From an uncultured Aquabacterium sp. (GTDB taxonomy: Bacteria; Pseudomonadota; Gammaproteobacteria; Burkholderiales; Burkholderiaceae_C), in the NCBI GenBank assembly GCA_937864045.1, contig CALMIF010000384.1, positions 1-51,849 on the forward strand: a stretch of 51,849 nt of DNA, read 5' to 3'. The notes beneath the pieces are model-generated. The model had not been told where the DNA came from. It searched no databases and was given only the letters and a program-made list of their open reading frames with translations. Positions within the stretch are counted from its first letter, which is position 1. The number at the start of each line of letters is the position of its first letter. Of the stretch, positions 27,082 to 38,266 are shown piece by piece. The position numbers and the translations under genes were made by a program.

Positions 27082-28191
27082 TCAGGCCACGCGGCGGCGG
27101 GCGCCGACCGCGCGGATCAGTGTGCAGGCTGCAAGCGCCAGCGCCGCTGCCAACCCCGCGGCCACCGCGATGCGCGCCTTGCGGGGGCCGCTGCGTTTCT
27201 CCGGGATCGTGGCCGTGTCCACCACCTGCAGCGTGGCACCGTCCCGGCTCTCGTCGACCCGCGCCACCTCGTACTGGCGAGCGAACAGCTCATAGAGCGT
27301 TTCCTGGTACTTGTACTCGCGGTACTTGGTGATGTAGTCCGAGTCTGCACCGCCGCCGCCGCCGTTTCCGGCGCTTTCGGCCTGGGCGAGTTGCTGCCGC
27401 AGCGCGGCCAGCATGGCCTGTGCCTGCGTCAGTTCGGTGGCCCCGTCGTTGAGGAAGCCGCGCAAGGTCTGCACGCGCACCTCGGTCTTCATGACCTCGG
27501 CCTTCAGCCGCGCATACTCCTCTGCGGCAGCCTTGGGCTCGGCACGCAGCGCCCCCCGCGAGAAGCCGCTGCCCTGCAGCGCGATCTGGGCCTTGGTCAG
27601 GCTGTCGCGTGCCTGCTTGAGCTGCGCCTCGAAGAACCGGCGTCGCTGCTGCGCCTCGGTGATGGCCAGCTGCGAGACCAGGCGCTGCAACTCCTCGATG
27701 TGGGCATTGGCCAACGCCGCGGCCCTCTTCGGATCGCGGTCGTCGGCCTCCAGGTAGATCAGGCCGTCCTTCTTTCCGACACTGATGCGCACGCTGCCCA
27801 GCAGCTGGTTGCGGGCATCCTGACGGTAGTCGGCCTCGTACAGCTTGACCAGGTCGAAGCGATCGATGATGCGGTCGGTGATGGCCGCGCTCTGCATCAA
27901 AGCCACGAACTGGTCGGCTGAATTGCGAGGTGCCTGGCCGGCCAGGCCGACCAGCGGACCGAGCGAGGCCAGGGCGCTGGAAATCGCGCTCTGCTGCTGT
28001 TGCTGGGGCAGGAAGCTGGCCTTGGCAGTGAACGTCGGCGGCAAGAAGCCGGCCAGGCCGTAGGCCGCCGCTGCCACGAGGATCGGCACGGCCGTCAGAA
28101 GGCGGCGGCGAGCCCAGAGTGCGCCGGTGAGCACGGCCAGGTCGATCGCGCCGTCGTCGACGGCTTGCTTGGGGTTGGAGTCGGCAGCCAC
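27082..28191 (-). CDS. Polysaccharide co-polymerase / chain-length determinant (Wzz-like, no kinase domain)
   Basis: N-terminal IDL..L...LW + TM, coiled-coil periplasmic region, VVD.A..PEKRSGP + C-terminal TM; 1-nt overlap with the upstream export gene. Confidence 0.85.
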   Translation of the reverse strand: MAADSNPKQAVDDGAIDLAVLTGALWARRRLLTAVPILVAAAAYGLAGFLPPTFTAKASFLPQQQQQSAISSALASLGPLVGLAGQAPRNSADQFVALMQSAAITDRIIDRFDLVKLYEADYRQDARNQLLGSVRISVGKKDGLIYLEADDRDPKRAAALANAHIEELQRLVSQLAITEAQQRRRFFEAQLKQARDSLTKAQIALQGSGFSRGALRAEPKAAAEEYARLKAEVMKTEVRVQTLRGFLNDGATELTQAQAMLAALRQQLAQAESAGNGGGGGADSDYITKYREYKYQETLYELFARQYEVARVDESRDGATLQVVDTATIPEKRSGPRKARIAVAAGLAAALALAACTLIRAVGARRRVA

Positions 28192-30092
28192 TATCGGGTC
28201 GCACTGATGATGGCGGCCAGGCCGACACCGAACTGGTACAGGATCTGCGTCCAGTCCTTCGCGTTCTGAACGAAGGTCGTCTTGTTCATTTCCTCAGGAA
28301 CGAAGATCGTGTCGCCCGGCAACGCTTCGTTGTTGGTGAAGGTGCCGCGCTGGTCGAACCAGCCGCTCTTGCTTTGCTGGCGGCTGATCACGGTGCCGTT
28401 CGCGCGCACCACGAAGACGCTCGTGAGGTCGGCTCCCTTGGTCGGGCCGCCGGCGAGGAACAGGTAGTCGTCCAGCGAGCGTCCCGGCGCGTAGAGGTAG
28501 CTCGCCCCGTTGAACACGCTGCCGAACACGCCCACGGTCGTCGACTTCGAGGGCACGAGGAGGCGGTCCCCGTCCTCCAGCGCGATCGGCGGCAGGCTCT
28601 TCGACTCGGGCGTGGTCTGCAGGACGATCCGGCCGTCCGGCTGCAGCGCCCGCAGCCGTTCCAGCAAGCGGTTGTTCGACGCCGAGCGGGCCAATGACGC
28701 TGCGGCATCGTCGGGGGTCGCCGTCCGTTGCGACGCGCTGCTGCGCGCCATGTCGGTCTCCAGGTCGCGCAGGGCCCGCTCGTAGCTTTCCCTCTGGTTG
28801 ATGCGGACGCTCTCGCGGAAGAAGCCGGCGGCATACACGTTGGCATGCTCCGTCAGACCGCCGGCCGCGGTCAGCGCCGTCTCGAGGGTGCTTCCCGGTG
28901 GCAGCAGGTAGTCGCCAGGGCGCTGCACTTCGCCCTCGATGCGCACGCGCTTGGACTGGCGCTCCGACGGCAGCGCACTCGCCACGGCACTGAACGCACG
29001 CAGCACGTCGCCGCTGGACAGGGCGCTGCGCTCGTCGGCCGGCAGGCTCAATTGCACGATGCGCTGGCCCGAACGATCGCTCAGCCGTTCGATGCTGACC
29101 CGAGAGCGATCGCCCACGGCGGAGAAGCCGCCAGCCATGCGCAGGACGTCGGCCACGACCTCACCGGGCTTGACCTCGAACACGCCGACGCGGTTGACGC
29201 TGCCGATGACCGCGACCTGCGGTCCCACCGTTCCCACGTGCACCACATCGTCGCTTTGCAGCACCGGGTCGGCGCCTCGATCGCCACGCAGCAGGAGGTC
29301 GTAGAGGTCGAAGCTGGCCACCAGCTGGCCGCGGCGCTTGAGCTCGATGTTGCGGAAGCTGCCCGACGCGGTCGGCCCTCCGGCCTGGATCAGTGCGGCC
29401 GACAGCCCGGCCAGGCCGCTGACCACGTGCGCGCCGGGCAGCATCACCGCGCCGGTCACCATCACCCGCACGCTGCGCAACTGCCCCGTCGACACCGAGA
29501 GCTGGAAGTTGCGGAAGGTCTGTGCGACCCTGCGGGTGATCACCCCCTCCAGCTCCGAGACTTTCAGCCCCGCGACCTGCACCGCTCCCACGCGTGGGAT
29601 GGTGATCCGACCCGTGCGGTCGATCACCAGCGTCAGGTCGGCATCGACTGCCCCCCAGATGGCCAGTGCGATCTCGTCACCTGGCATCACGCGGTAGTCG
29701 GGCGGCACGACGCCGGCGTTGAGCCCTGCGTTGTCCGACTCATCCCGGTTGGCCAGGAAGTCGGCACCGAACCGGCGGATCGGCTGGTTGCCAGCCAGCG
29801 ACTGCACGAATTGCTCGAACTCGCCGGGCACGTACGGCTTGGGCTGGGGTCGCGGCTCGCGCTGGTTCAGTTCCTGGGCGCGCGGCGCCTGCGCGGCCGG
29901 CTGCTGGCGATTCAGCCGAACCGGACCGCTGCCCGCCTCAGGCGATCCGACCGAAGCCTGACCCTGTGCCGATGCCGGTTGCATCCCGGCCAGCAGTGAC
30001 AGGCAGAGCGCCCAGCAGATCAGCGGCGTGAAGCGCCACCGGAACTGATGCAGAGAGATGAGACAGGTGCGGTAGAAGGCGCCGAGAGCCAT
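28191..30092 (-). CDS. Polysaccharide export protein with multiple SLBB domains (Wza/KpsD/OtnA-like)
   Basis: Signal peptide; PPDY...PGD, IDRTG.I.IPRVG.V.VAG export motif; repeated V.G.V..PG / AGG SLBB units; PGDTIFVP; amphipathic C-terminal helix. Confidence 0.9.
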   Translation of the reverse strand: MALGAFYRTCLISLHQFRWRFTPLICWALCLSLLAGMQPASAQGQASVGSPEAGSGPVRLNRQQPAAQAPRAQELNQREPRPQPKPYVPGEFEQFVQSLAGNQPIRRFGADFLANRDESDNAGLNAGVVPPDYRVMPGDEIALAIWGAVDADLTLVIDRTGRITIPRVGAVQVAGLKVSELEGVITRRVAQTFRNFQLSVSTGQLRSVRVMVTGAVMLPGAHVVSGLAGLSAALIQAGGPTASGSFRNIELKRRGQLVASFDLYDLLLRGDRGADPVLQSDDVVHVGTVGPQVAVIGSVNRVGVFEVKPGEVVADVLRMAGGFSAVGDRSRVSIERLSDRSGQRIVQLSLPADERSALSSGDVLRAFSAVASALPSERQSKRVRIEGEVQRPGDYLLPPGSTLETALTAAGGLTEHANVYAAGFFRESVRINQRESYERALRDLETDMARSSASQRTATPDDAAASLARSASNNRLLERLRALQPDGRIVLQTTPESKSLPPIALEDGDRLLVPSKSTTVGVFGSVFNGASYLYAPGRSLDDYLFLAGGPTKGADLTSVFVVRANGTVISRQQSKSGWFDQRGTFTNNEALPGDTIFVPEEMNKTTFVQNAKDWTQILYQFGVGLAAIISATR

Positions 30093-30175
30093 TCAATGTC
30101 CAAGAGGTCTGGGATCTGCAGTGTGCGGATGCCAAAGGCACTTGCAGGCAATGCCGAACCCGGCTTGCGCCGGAC

Positions 30176-30181
30176 ATTGTA
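30176..30181 (-). promoter_or_regulatory. Putative sigma70 -10 element for the export operon
   Basis: TACAAT on the - strand about 85 nt upstream of ATG 30092, in a GC-rich intergenic gap. Confidence 0.45.
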
Positions 30182-30247
30182 GGGGGCGGTTCGGGAGGGG
30201 CCCGCTCGCGCCAGGGCCGCTCGGCCCGCACCGATTCAGACCGTCAC

Positions 30248-31288
30248 TCAGGCCGCATCGGGTCGGTTGCCTGCGTACCAGCGCGCCGCGTCGACCAGCC
30301 CGGACCGAATGTCATGGCTGGGCACATAGCCCAGCAGCCGTGCGGCCTTGGCCGTGTCGGCGCGCGAATGACGCACGTCCCCGGCGCGGAACTCACGGTG
30401 CACCGGCTCGCTGTCCGCCAGACCCGGCCGCTGCTGCTGCAGCGCGGCCAGCAGCAGCGCGTGCAACTGCTTCAGATCCGTCTGGCCGCCCACCGCCACG
30501 TTGTAGACCTGGTTCACCGCCGCCGGGTCCTGCACCGTGCCGGCCAGCAGGTTGGCCTGCACCGCATTGGCCACGTAGCAGAAGTCGCGGCTGGTCTGGC
30601 CGTCGCCGTTGATGTAGACCGTCTCGCCGGCCAGGATGGCCGCCGCCCACTTGGGGATGACCGCGGCGTAGGCGCCGTTCGGGTCCTGGCGCGGGCCGAA
30701 GACGTTGAAGTAGCGCAGGCCCACGCTCTGCAGGCCGTAGCTGCGGCCGAAGACATCGGCGTACAGCTCGTTGACGTACTTGGTCACCGCATAGGGCGAC
30801 AGCGGCTTGCCGATCACGTCCTCGACCTTGGGCAGGCCGGGGTGGTCGCCATAGGTGCTGCTGCTGGCGGCGTAGACGAAGCGCTGCACGCCGGCGTCGC
30901 GCGCGGCCACCAGCATGTTCAGGAAGCCGGTGACGTTGGCCGCGTTGGTGGTGATGGGGTCGGCCAGCGAGCGCGGCACCGAACCCAGCGCCGCCTGGTG
31001 CAGCACCACCTGCACGCCGGCGCAGGCGGCCTGGCAGTCGGCCAGGTTGCGGATGTCGCCCTCGATGAAGCGCATGCGCGACCAGGCGGCTTCGCCCACC
31101 GTGGCCTGCACGGCGGCCAGGTTGTGGCGGTGGCCGGTGGCGAAGTTGTCCAGGCCGACGACGGTCTGGCCCAGGTTCAGCAGGGTCTCGATCAGGTGGC
31201 TGCCGATGAAGCCGGCGCAGCCGGTCACCAGCCAGGTGCGGGGCTCGGCGCGCAGTTGCGCCTGCAGGGATGCGTAGGTCGTGGGCAT
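30248..31288 (-). CDS. wbpP: UDP-GlcNAc(A) C4-epimerase, WbpP/TviC-like SDR
   Basis: [72 protein letters not shown]. Confidence 0.92.
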   Translation of the reverse strand: MPTTYASLQAQLRAEPRTWLVTGCAGFIGSHLIETLLNLGQTVVGLDNFATGHRHNLAAVQATVGEAAWSRMRFIEGDIRNLADCQAACAGVQVVLHQAALGSVPRSLADPITTNAANVTGFLNMLVAARDAGVQRFVYAASSSTYGDHPGLPKVEDVIGKPLSPYAVTKYVNELYADVFGRSYGLQSVGLRYFNVFGPRQDPNGAYAAVIPKWAAAILAGETVYINGDGQTSRDFCYVANAVQANLLAGTVQDPAAVNQVYNVAVGGQTDLKQLHALLLAALQQQRPGLADSEPVHREFRAGDVRHSRADTAKAARLLGYVPSHDIRSGLVDAARWYAGNRPDAA

Positions 31289-31346
31289 GCTGGATTGTCG
31301 GCTGCCCGCGCACCCGGGCTTGAGGGGTGCGGGGTGCGCAAACTGC

Positions 31347-31907
31347 TCAAAAGGTCTCGGCCTGGGCCAGCGCGGGCGCCTCGGCGTCCTTGGGCGCCAG
31401 CAGCGGCGCCAGGCCAGCCGGCCAGGTGATGCCGATGGCGGGGTCGTCCCAGCGGATGGCCCGCTCGCAGTCCCGGGCATAGACATCGGTGGTCTTGTAG
31501 AGAAAGCGGGCGCCGTCGCTCAGCGCGACGAAGCCATGCGCGAAGCCCTCGGGAATCCACAGCTGGCGGCGGTTGTCGGCGCTGAGCTCGACCGCCACCC
31601 ACTGGCCGAAGTGCGGCGAGCCGCGCCGGATGTCGACCGCCACGTCCAGCACGGCGCCCTGCACCACGCGCACCAGCTTGCCCTGGGGGTGCGGCGGCAG
31701 CTGGTAGTGCAGGCCGCGCAGCACGCCGCGCGCCGATTCCGACTCGTTGTCCTGCACGAACGGGCGCGGCGCGGGCAGGCCCAGCGCGGCCAGGCCGTCC
31801 TGGAAGCGGCGCTGGTTGAAGCTCTCCATGAACCAGCCGCGGGCATCGGCGAACACGGCGGGCTCGACGATGACGACGTCGGGCAGGCGGGTGGCGGTGA
31901 ACTTCAT
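31347..31907 (-). CDS. rfbC: dTDP-4-dehydrorhamnose 3,5-epimerase
   Basis: [54 protein letters not shown]. Confidence 0.96.
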   Translation of the reverse strand: MKFTATRLPDVVIVEPAVFADARGWFMESFNQRRFQDGLAALGLPAPRPFVQDNESESARGVLRGLHYQLPPHPQGKLVRVVQGAVLDVAVDIRRGSPHFGQWVAVELSADNRRQLWIPEGFAHGFVALSDGARFLYKTTDVYARDCERAIRWDDPAIGITWPAGLAPLLAPKDAEAPALAQAETF

Positions 31908-31932
31908 GGGCGGTCCGGTCGGTGGGGGCGGG

Positions 31933-32838
31933 TCAGCTGCGCTGCAGCACTTCGGTCAGCATGCGGTCGACGCCGACGCGCCAATCCGGCAGGTGCAGGT
32001 CGAAGGTGCTGCGCAGGCGCGTGGTGTCCAGGCGCGAGTTCAGCGGCCGGCGCGCCGGCGTCGGGTACTGGCTGGTGGGGATGGGCTGCACCGCCTCGGG
32101 CCCGGCCTTCAGCGGCACACCGGCGCGGCGTGCGACCTCCAGCACATGGCGGGCATAGCCGCACCAGCTCGTCTCGCCACCGGCCACCGCGTGGTAGGTG
32201 CCGGCCACCGCGGGGTCGCGCAGGGCCCGCCGCAGCGCATGGGTGCTGATGTCGGCCAGCAGGTCGGCGCCGGTGGGGGCGCCGACCTGGTCGTCGATCA
32301 CCGTCAGGGCCTCGCGGTCGGCGGCCAGGCGCAGCATGGTGCGGGCGAAGTTGCCGCCACGCGCCGCGTGCACCCAGCTCGTGCGCAGGATGAGGTGCCG
32401 GCCGCCGGCGGCGCGCACCTGCTGCTCGCCGTCCAGCTTGCTGCGGCCATAGACGCTCTGCGGGTTGGTGGGCGCGTCCTCGCTGCGGGGCGCGCTGCCG
32501 CTGCCGTCGAACACGTAGTCGGTGCTGTAATGCAGCAGCCAGCCGTCCAGTTCGGCCATCAGGCGCGCCAGCGCGCCGGGTGCGGTGGCGTTGACGGTCT
32601 GCGCCAGGTCGGGTTCGCTTTCGGCCTTGTCGACAGCGGTGTGGGCCGCGGCATTGACCACCAGGTCGGGCCGCAGCGCACGCAGCCGCCGCACCAGCGC
32701 ATCGGGCTGTGTCAGGTCGCCCAGCGGCGCACCGGCAGTGTCCAGCCGCGGCAGGGCCACCAGCTCGCCCAGGGGCGCCAAGGCCCGCTGCAGTTCCCAA
32801 CCGAGCTGGCCATTCGGCCCCAACAGGACGATCTTCAT
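31933..32838 (-). CDS. rfbD: dTDP-4-dehydrorhamnose reductase
   Basis: G.NGQLG, NAAAHTAVDKAE, HYSTDYVFDG, YGRSK, LRTSWV, DQVGAPT, PARRP.NSRL; true start ATG 32838. Confidence 0.95.
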   Translation of the reverse strand: MKIVLLGPNGQLGWELQRALAPLGELVALPRLDTAGAPLGDLTQPDALVRRLRALRPDLVVNAAAHTAVDKAESEPDLAQTVNATAPGALARLMAELDGWLLHYSTDYVFDGSGSAPRSEDAPTNPQSVYGRSKLDGEQQVRAAGGRHLILRTSWVHAARGGNFARTMLRLAADREALTVIDDQVGAPTGADLLADISTHALRRALRDPAVAGTYHAVAGGETSWCGYARHVLEVARRAGVPLKAGPEAVQPIPTSQYPTPARRPLNSRLDTTRLRSTFDLHLPDWRVGVDRMLTEVLQRS

Positions 32839-32888
32839 GGTGCTGCGCGCGGGCCGGTGCCGGCGCGCCAATGGCTGCGCAACCGGCG

Positions 32889-32894
32889 ATTCTA
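32889..32894 (-). promoter_or_regulatory. Putative -10 element for the rfbD operon
   Basis: TAGAAT on the - strand about 50 nt upstream of rfbD; a divergent GATAAT at 32937-32942 precedes the helicase. Confidence 0.45.
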
Positions 32895-32952
32895 GGGAGC
32901 GCCGGGCGGCGTTTCGGGCCTGCGGGGCCCCTGGCGGATAATCGGGCGACCG

Positions 32953-34500
<1,548 letters not shown>

Positions 34501-34515
34501 CCGGCCGCTGCGCGT

Positions 34516-35286
34516 TCAGGTCGCGAGCCAGCTGAACACGGCCGGCAGCCGCGCGCCCAGCGGTGCGGCCCTGGCGGTGCGCCAGGCGGCCACGCTGCGG
34601 GTCTCGCAACGGGCGGCGGGCAGGGTCAGCCCGCAGGCCACGGCCAGTTGCGTCGTCGGCGCCAGGTGCTGCACCAGGGCGGCCAGCAGCGCCTCGTTGC
34701 GGTAGGGCGTCTCGATCGCGATCTGCGTCTGGCCCTGCTTGCGCGACAGCACCTCCAACTCGCGGATGCGCGCTGCGCGGGCGGCGGGCTCCTGCGGCAG
34801 GTAGCCGACAAAGGCGAAGCTCTGGCCGTTCAGCCCGCTGGCGGCCAGGGCCAGCAGCAGTGAACTCGGCCCCGAGAGCGGCTCGACCACCAGGCCCAGC
34901 GCATGTGCCGCCTGCACCAGGGCGGCACCGGGGTCGGCCACCGCCGGCAGGCCGGCTTCGGACAGCAGGCCCACGTCGTGGCCGGCCAGCGCCGGTGCCA
35001 GCAGCGGCCGCAGCTCGGGCGGGGCGGCGGGCCGGCCACCGCCCTTCGGCGGGCGCGGCAGTTCGGTGACGGCGATCTGCTGCAGCGGCTGCGCCAGCGG
35101 CGTCAGCTGGTTGACGCGCTTCAGGAAGGCGCGTGTCGTCTTGGCGTTCTCGCCCACCCAGTGGCCCAGCGCCGCCGCGCGGGTGATCACCGCCTGCGGC
35201 AGCACGTCGGTCAGCGGCACCTCGGTCTCGGTGCCCAGGTCCAGCGTGTTGGGCATCAGCAGCAGCCGGCCTTGGGGCGTGGTCAT
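34516..35286 (-). CDS. Tetrapyrrole-methylase-family SAM methyltransferase (RsmI-like)
   Basis: ENAKTTRAFL, SEAGLPAVADPG, GPSSLLLALAASGLNGQSFAF.GYLP, IETPYRN; ATG 35286 overlaps the maf stop. Confidence 0.88.
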   Translation of the reverse strand: MTTPQGRLLLMPNTLDLGTETEVPLTDVLPQAVITRAAALGHWVGENAKTTRAFLKRVNQLTPLAQPLQQIAVTELPRPPKGGGRPAAPPELRPLLAPALAGHDVGLLSEAGLPAVADPGAALVQAAHALGLVVEPLSGPSSLLLALAASGLNGQSFAFVGYLPQEPAARAARIRELEVLSRKQGQTQIAIETPYRNEALLAALVQHLAPTTQLAVACGLTLPAARCETRSVAAWRTARAAPLGARLPAVFSWLAT

Positions 35287-35918
35287 GCGGCGTCTCCAGC
35301 GCTGGCCAGCGGATCGATGCCGGCAGCCCGCAGCAGGGCACAGGTGCGCATCAGCGGCAGCCCGACCAGGGCCGTCGGGTCGTCGGAGTCGATGCGCTCC
35401 AGCAGGGCGATGCCCAGGGTCTCGCACTTGGCGCTGCCGGCGCAGTCGTAGGGCTGCTCCAGGCGCAGGTAGCGCTCGATCTCGTCGTCGCGCAGGTCGC
35501 GGAACAGCACCGCCACCGGCGCCAGCAGGCCCTGGGCGAAGCCTGTGGCCGGCCGCAGCACCGCCACCGCGGTGTGGAACACCACCTGCCGGCCGCGCAT
35601 CGCCCGCAGCTGGGCGACCGCCCGGTCATGCGTGCCGGGCTTGCCGATGGCGTGGCCGTCGAGTTCGGCCACCTGGTCGGCGCCGATCACCACCGCGCCG
35701 GGGTGGCGGGAGGCCACGTCCTGCGCCTTTTCCAGCGCCAGGCGCTGCGCCAGCGCGGCGGGCGCTTCGCCGGCGCGCGGCGTCTCGTCGACCCGGGGCG
35801 CATCGACGCTGAACGGCAGGCGCAGCCGTTCCAGCAGTTCGCGCCGGTAGCGCGAGGTCGAGCCCAGCACCAGCGGCGGCAACGCGTTGGCAGGGCGGAT
35901 GGGTGAGGTCGTCGGCAT
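35283..35918 (-). CDS. maf: Maf-family nucleoside triphosphate pyrophosphatase (YceF-like)
   Basis: LVLGSTSRYRRELL, LALEKA, IGADQ, GKP, CAGS, ALVGLP; divergent from yceD as usual. Confidence 0.92.
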   Translation of the reverse strand: MPTTSPIRPANALPPLVLGSTSRYRRELLERLRLPFSVDAPRVDETPRAGEAPAALAQRLALEKAQDVASRHPGAVVIGADQVAELDGHAIGKPGTHDRAVAQLRAMRGRQVVFHTAVAVLRPATGFAQGLLAPVAVLFRDLRDDEIERYLRLEQPYDCAGSAKCETLGIALLERIDSDDPTALVGLPLMRTCALLRAAGIDPLASAGDAA

Positions 35919-35990
35919 CGTTGAATTGTCCCATCGCCCCTGCGAGCGGGCAGTCCGAATGCGCCGGTCCCCGCCCCGTACACTGACCGC

Positions 35991-36551
35991 ATGAAACGTC
36001 CCCACGACGCACTGCGGCTGGATGTGCAGGCCTTCATCACCGAGGGCGAAACGCTGGCCGGTCAATGGCCCGGCGCCGGCCTGTCGCGCCTGGCCGAACT
36101 GCAGACCCCGCCGCAGGACGCTGGCCTGGCCGACGTCGAGTGGCGGGCCCAGGGACAGCGGCTGCCGGTGGCCGGTGGCGAGGCCGAGCTGTGGCTGGCG
36201 CTGCAGGCCGGCGCCCGCATCTGGCTGACCTGCCAGCGCTGCCTGCAGCCCCTGGCCGAGCCGCTGGCCGTCGACCGCCGCATCCGTTTCGTGCGCGGCG
36301 AGGCGGCGGCCGAGGCGCTGGACGCCGAGATCGAGGACGATGTGCTGGCGCTGAGCAAGGCGCTGGACCTGCGCGAACTGGTCGAGGACGAACTGCTGCT
36401 GGCCTTGCCGATCGTGCCGCGCCACGGCGTCTGCCCGCAGCCGCTGCCGCTGCCCGTCGACGACGCGCCGGCGCCGGAAGACGTGCCCGAGAAGCCGCAT
36501 CCGTTTGCGGCGCTGCAGCGGCTGAAGACGCCGTCTGGCGATGGCGGCTGA
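35991..36551 (+). CDS. yceD: YceD/DUF177 family protein
   Basis: CQRCL, EDELLLALP, HPFAALQRLK; immediately upstream of rpmF. Confidence 0.9.
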   Translation: MKRPHDALRLDVQAFITEGETLAGQWPGAGLSRLAELQTPPQDAGLADVEWRAQGQRLPVAGGEAELWLALQAGARIWLTCQRCLQPLAEPLAVDRRIRFVRGEAAAEALDAEIEDDVLALSKALDLRELVEDELLLALPIVPRHGVCPQPLPLPVDDAPAPEDVPEKPHPFAALQRLKTPSGDGG

Positions 36552-36580
36552 GTGGCGCTACCCAGGCCGCAATTGGACCG

Positions 36581-36589
36581 TGCTATAGT
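36581..36589 (+). promoter_or_regulatory. Extended -10 promoter upstream of rpmF
   Basis: TGcTATAGT about 100 nt before the rpmF ATG; GGAG Shine-Dalgarno at 36681. Confidence 0.55.
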
Positions 36590-36690
36590 CGCGGGCTTTT
36601 CTCAAGGCGCTGCGGCTTCTCTGCGGCGCCAGATTTTCCAAGGCGCCGCCGTCCATCTGCAGCGCCTGCTGCCTGATTCAGGAGAACACC

Positions 36691-36873
36691 ATGGCCGTTC
36701 AACAGAACAAGAAGTCGCCTTCCAAGCGCGGCATGCACCGCTCGCACAACGCCCTGGTGACCCCGGGAACCGCCATCGAGCCGACCACCGGCGAGGTGCA
36801 CCTGCGGCACCACATCAGCCCCAACGGCTTCTACCGTGGCCGCAAGGTGCTGAAGAGCAAGGCCGACGCCTGA
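36691..36873 (+). CDS. rpmF: 50S ribosomal protein L32
   Basis: [19 protein letters not shown]...[17 protein letters not shown]. Confidence 0.97.
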   Translation: MAVQQNKKSPSKRGMHRSHNALVTPGTAIEPTTGEVHLRHHISPNGFYRGRKVLKSKADA

Positions 36874-36935
36874 TCTTCCGCGCAGCCGGCGCCCGCCTGC
36901 GGGTGCCCGTCCCGGTGCAGTCTGTCGTCTTCCAG

Positions 36936-36975
36936 GACCCGGCCCCGCCCGTCGCGAGGCCGGGTTCTGTCGTTG
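36936..36975 (+). terminator. Possible intrinsic terminator after rpmF
   Basis: ACCCGGCC (36937-36944) pairs with GGCCGGGT (36958-36965); followed by a weak T-rich tail. Confidence 0.4.
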
Positions 36976-37069
36976 TGTGCGGCGCTGTCGTGCGGGTTTG
37001 CGCCAGCGCAGGCGGCAGGGTGCTTCCGCTTGTGTCGGGCCTGCGCATCGCCTACCGTGGCGGCTGGCT

Positions 37070-38266
37070 GTGCTGACCAGCCTGCCCGTCCCGGCGCCAG
37101 CCATCCGATTACCGCCGCTCCCGCCTCCCCCCGACTTCGTGCCTCCGCATCACCCGCACCCCGCCCTGCCGCCCTTGGCCCGTGTCCGGGTAGTGGTCGA
37201 TGGCATGGGCGGTGACCACGGCCCTTCGGTCACGCTGCCGGCCTGCAAGGCCTTTCTCGACGCCCATCCTGATGCCGATCTGGTGCTGGTCGGCAGCGCC
37301 GACGCGCTGGCCCCGGCGCGCGCGTGGCCGCGCACCACCCTGGTCACCGCCACCGAGGTGGTGGCGATGGACGATGCCGTCGAGGTGGCGCTGCGCAAGA
37401 AGCGCGACTCGTCGATGCGGGTGGCGATCAGCCAGCTGAAAGCCGGCGAGAGCGGCCAGGCCGCCGCCGACGTCTGCGTGTCGGCCGGCAACACCGGCGC
37501 ACTGATGGCGCTGGCCCGCTACGTGCTCAAGACCTTCGAGGGCATCGACCGCCCGGCGATCGCCGCGCTGCTGCCCAACCAGGCCGGCGGCTTCACCAAG
37601 GTGCTCGACCTCGGCGCCAACGTCGACTGCACGGCCGAGCACCTGCTGCAGTTCGCGGTGATGGGCAGCGCCCTGGTCAGCGCGCTCGATGGCAAGGACG
37701 AACCCAGCGTCGGCCTGCTGAACATCGGCGAAGAGACGATCAAGGGCAGCGAGGTGATCAAGCGCGCCGGCGAACTGCTGCGCGAGGCCGGTGCCGCCGG
37801 CCAGATCAACTTCTTCGGCAACGTCGAGGGCAACGACATCTTCAAGGGCACGACCGACCTGGTGGTCTGCGACGGCTTCGTCGGCAATGTGCTGCTGAAG
37901 ACCAGCGAGGGCCTGGCCGCCATGCTGGGCCAGTTCATCAAGGACGAGTTCACCCGCACGCCCCTGTCCAAGCTGGTGGCGCTGGTGGCGATGCCGGTGC
38001 TGCAGCGCTTCAAGGCCCGTGTGGACCACCGGCGCTACAGCGGCGGTGCGCTGCTGGGCCTGCGCGGCCTGGTGTTCAAGGCCCATGGCTCGTCCGACGC
38101 CTACGCCTTCGAGCGCGCCCTGGCCCGGGCTTATGATGCGGCCCGCAACCGCCTGCTCGACCGGGTGCACGACCGCATCCGCAACACGCTGGCCACGGCT
38201 GTCGCCACCGCGCAGGACGGGGATGCGCCCGCCACTTCGGCCACGCCGCCTGCCAAAGCCGCATGA
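37070..38266 (+). CDS. plsX: Phosphate acyltransferase PlsX
   Basis: [48 protein letters not shown]. Start uncertain: GTG 37070 or TTG 37175. Confidence 0.93.
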   Translation: MLTSLPVPAPAIRLPPLPPPPDFVPPHHPHPALPPLARVRVVVDGMGGDHGPSVTLPACKAFLDAHPDADLVLVGSADALAPARAWPRTTLVTATEVVAMDDAVEVALRKKRDSSMRVAISQLKAGESGQAAADVCVSAGNTGALMALARYVLKTFEGIDRPAIAALLPNQAGGFTKVLDLGANVDCTAEHLLQFAVMGSALVSALDGKDEPSVGLLNIGEETIKGSEVIKRAGELLREAGAAGQINFFGNVEGNDIFKGTTDLVVCDGFVGNVLLKTSEGLAAMLGQFIKDEFTRTPLSKLVALVAMPVLQRFKARVDHRRYSGGALLGLRGLVFKAHGSSDAYAFERALARAYDAARNRLLDRVHDRIRNTLATAVATAQDGDAPATSATPPAKAA

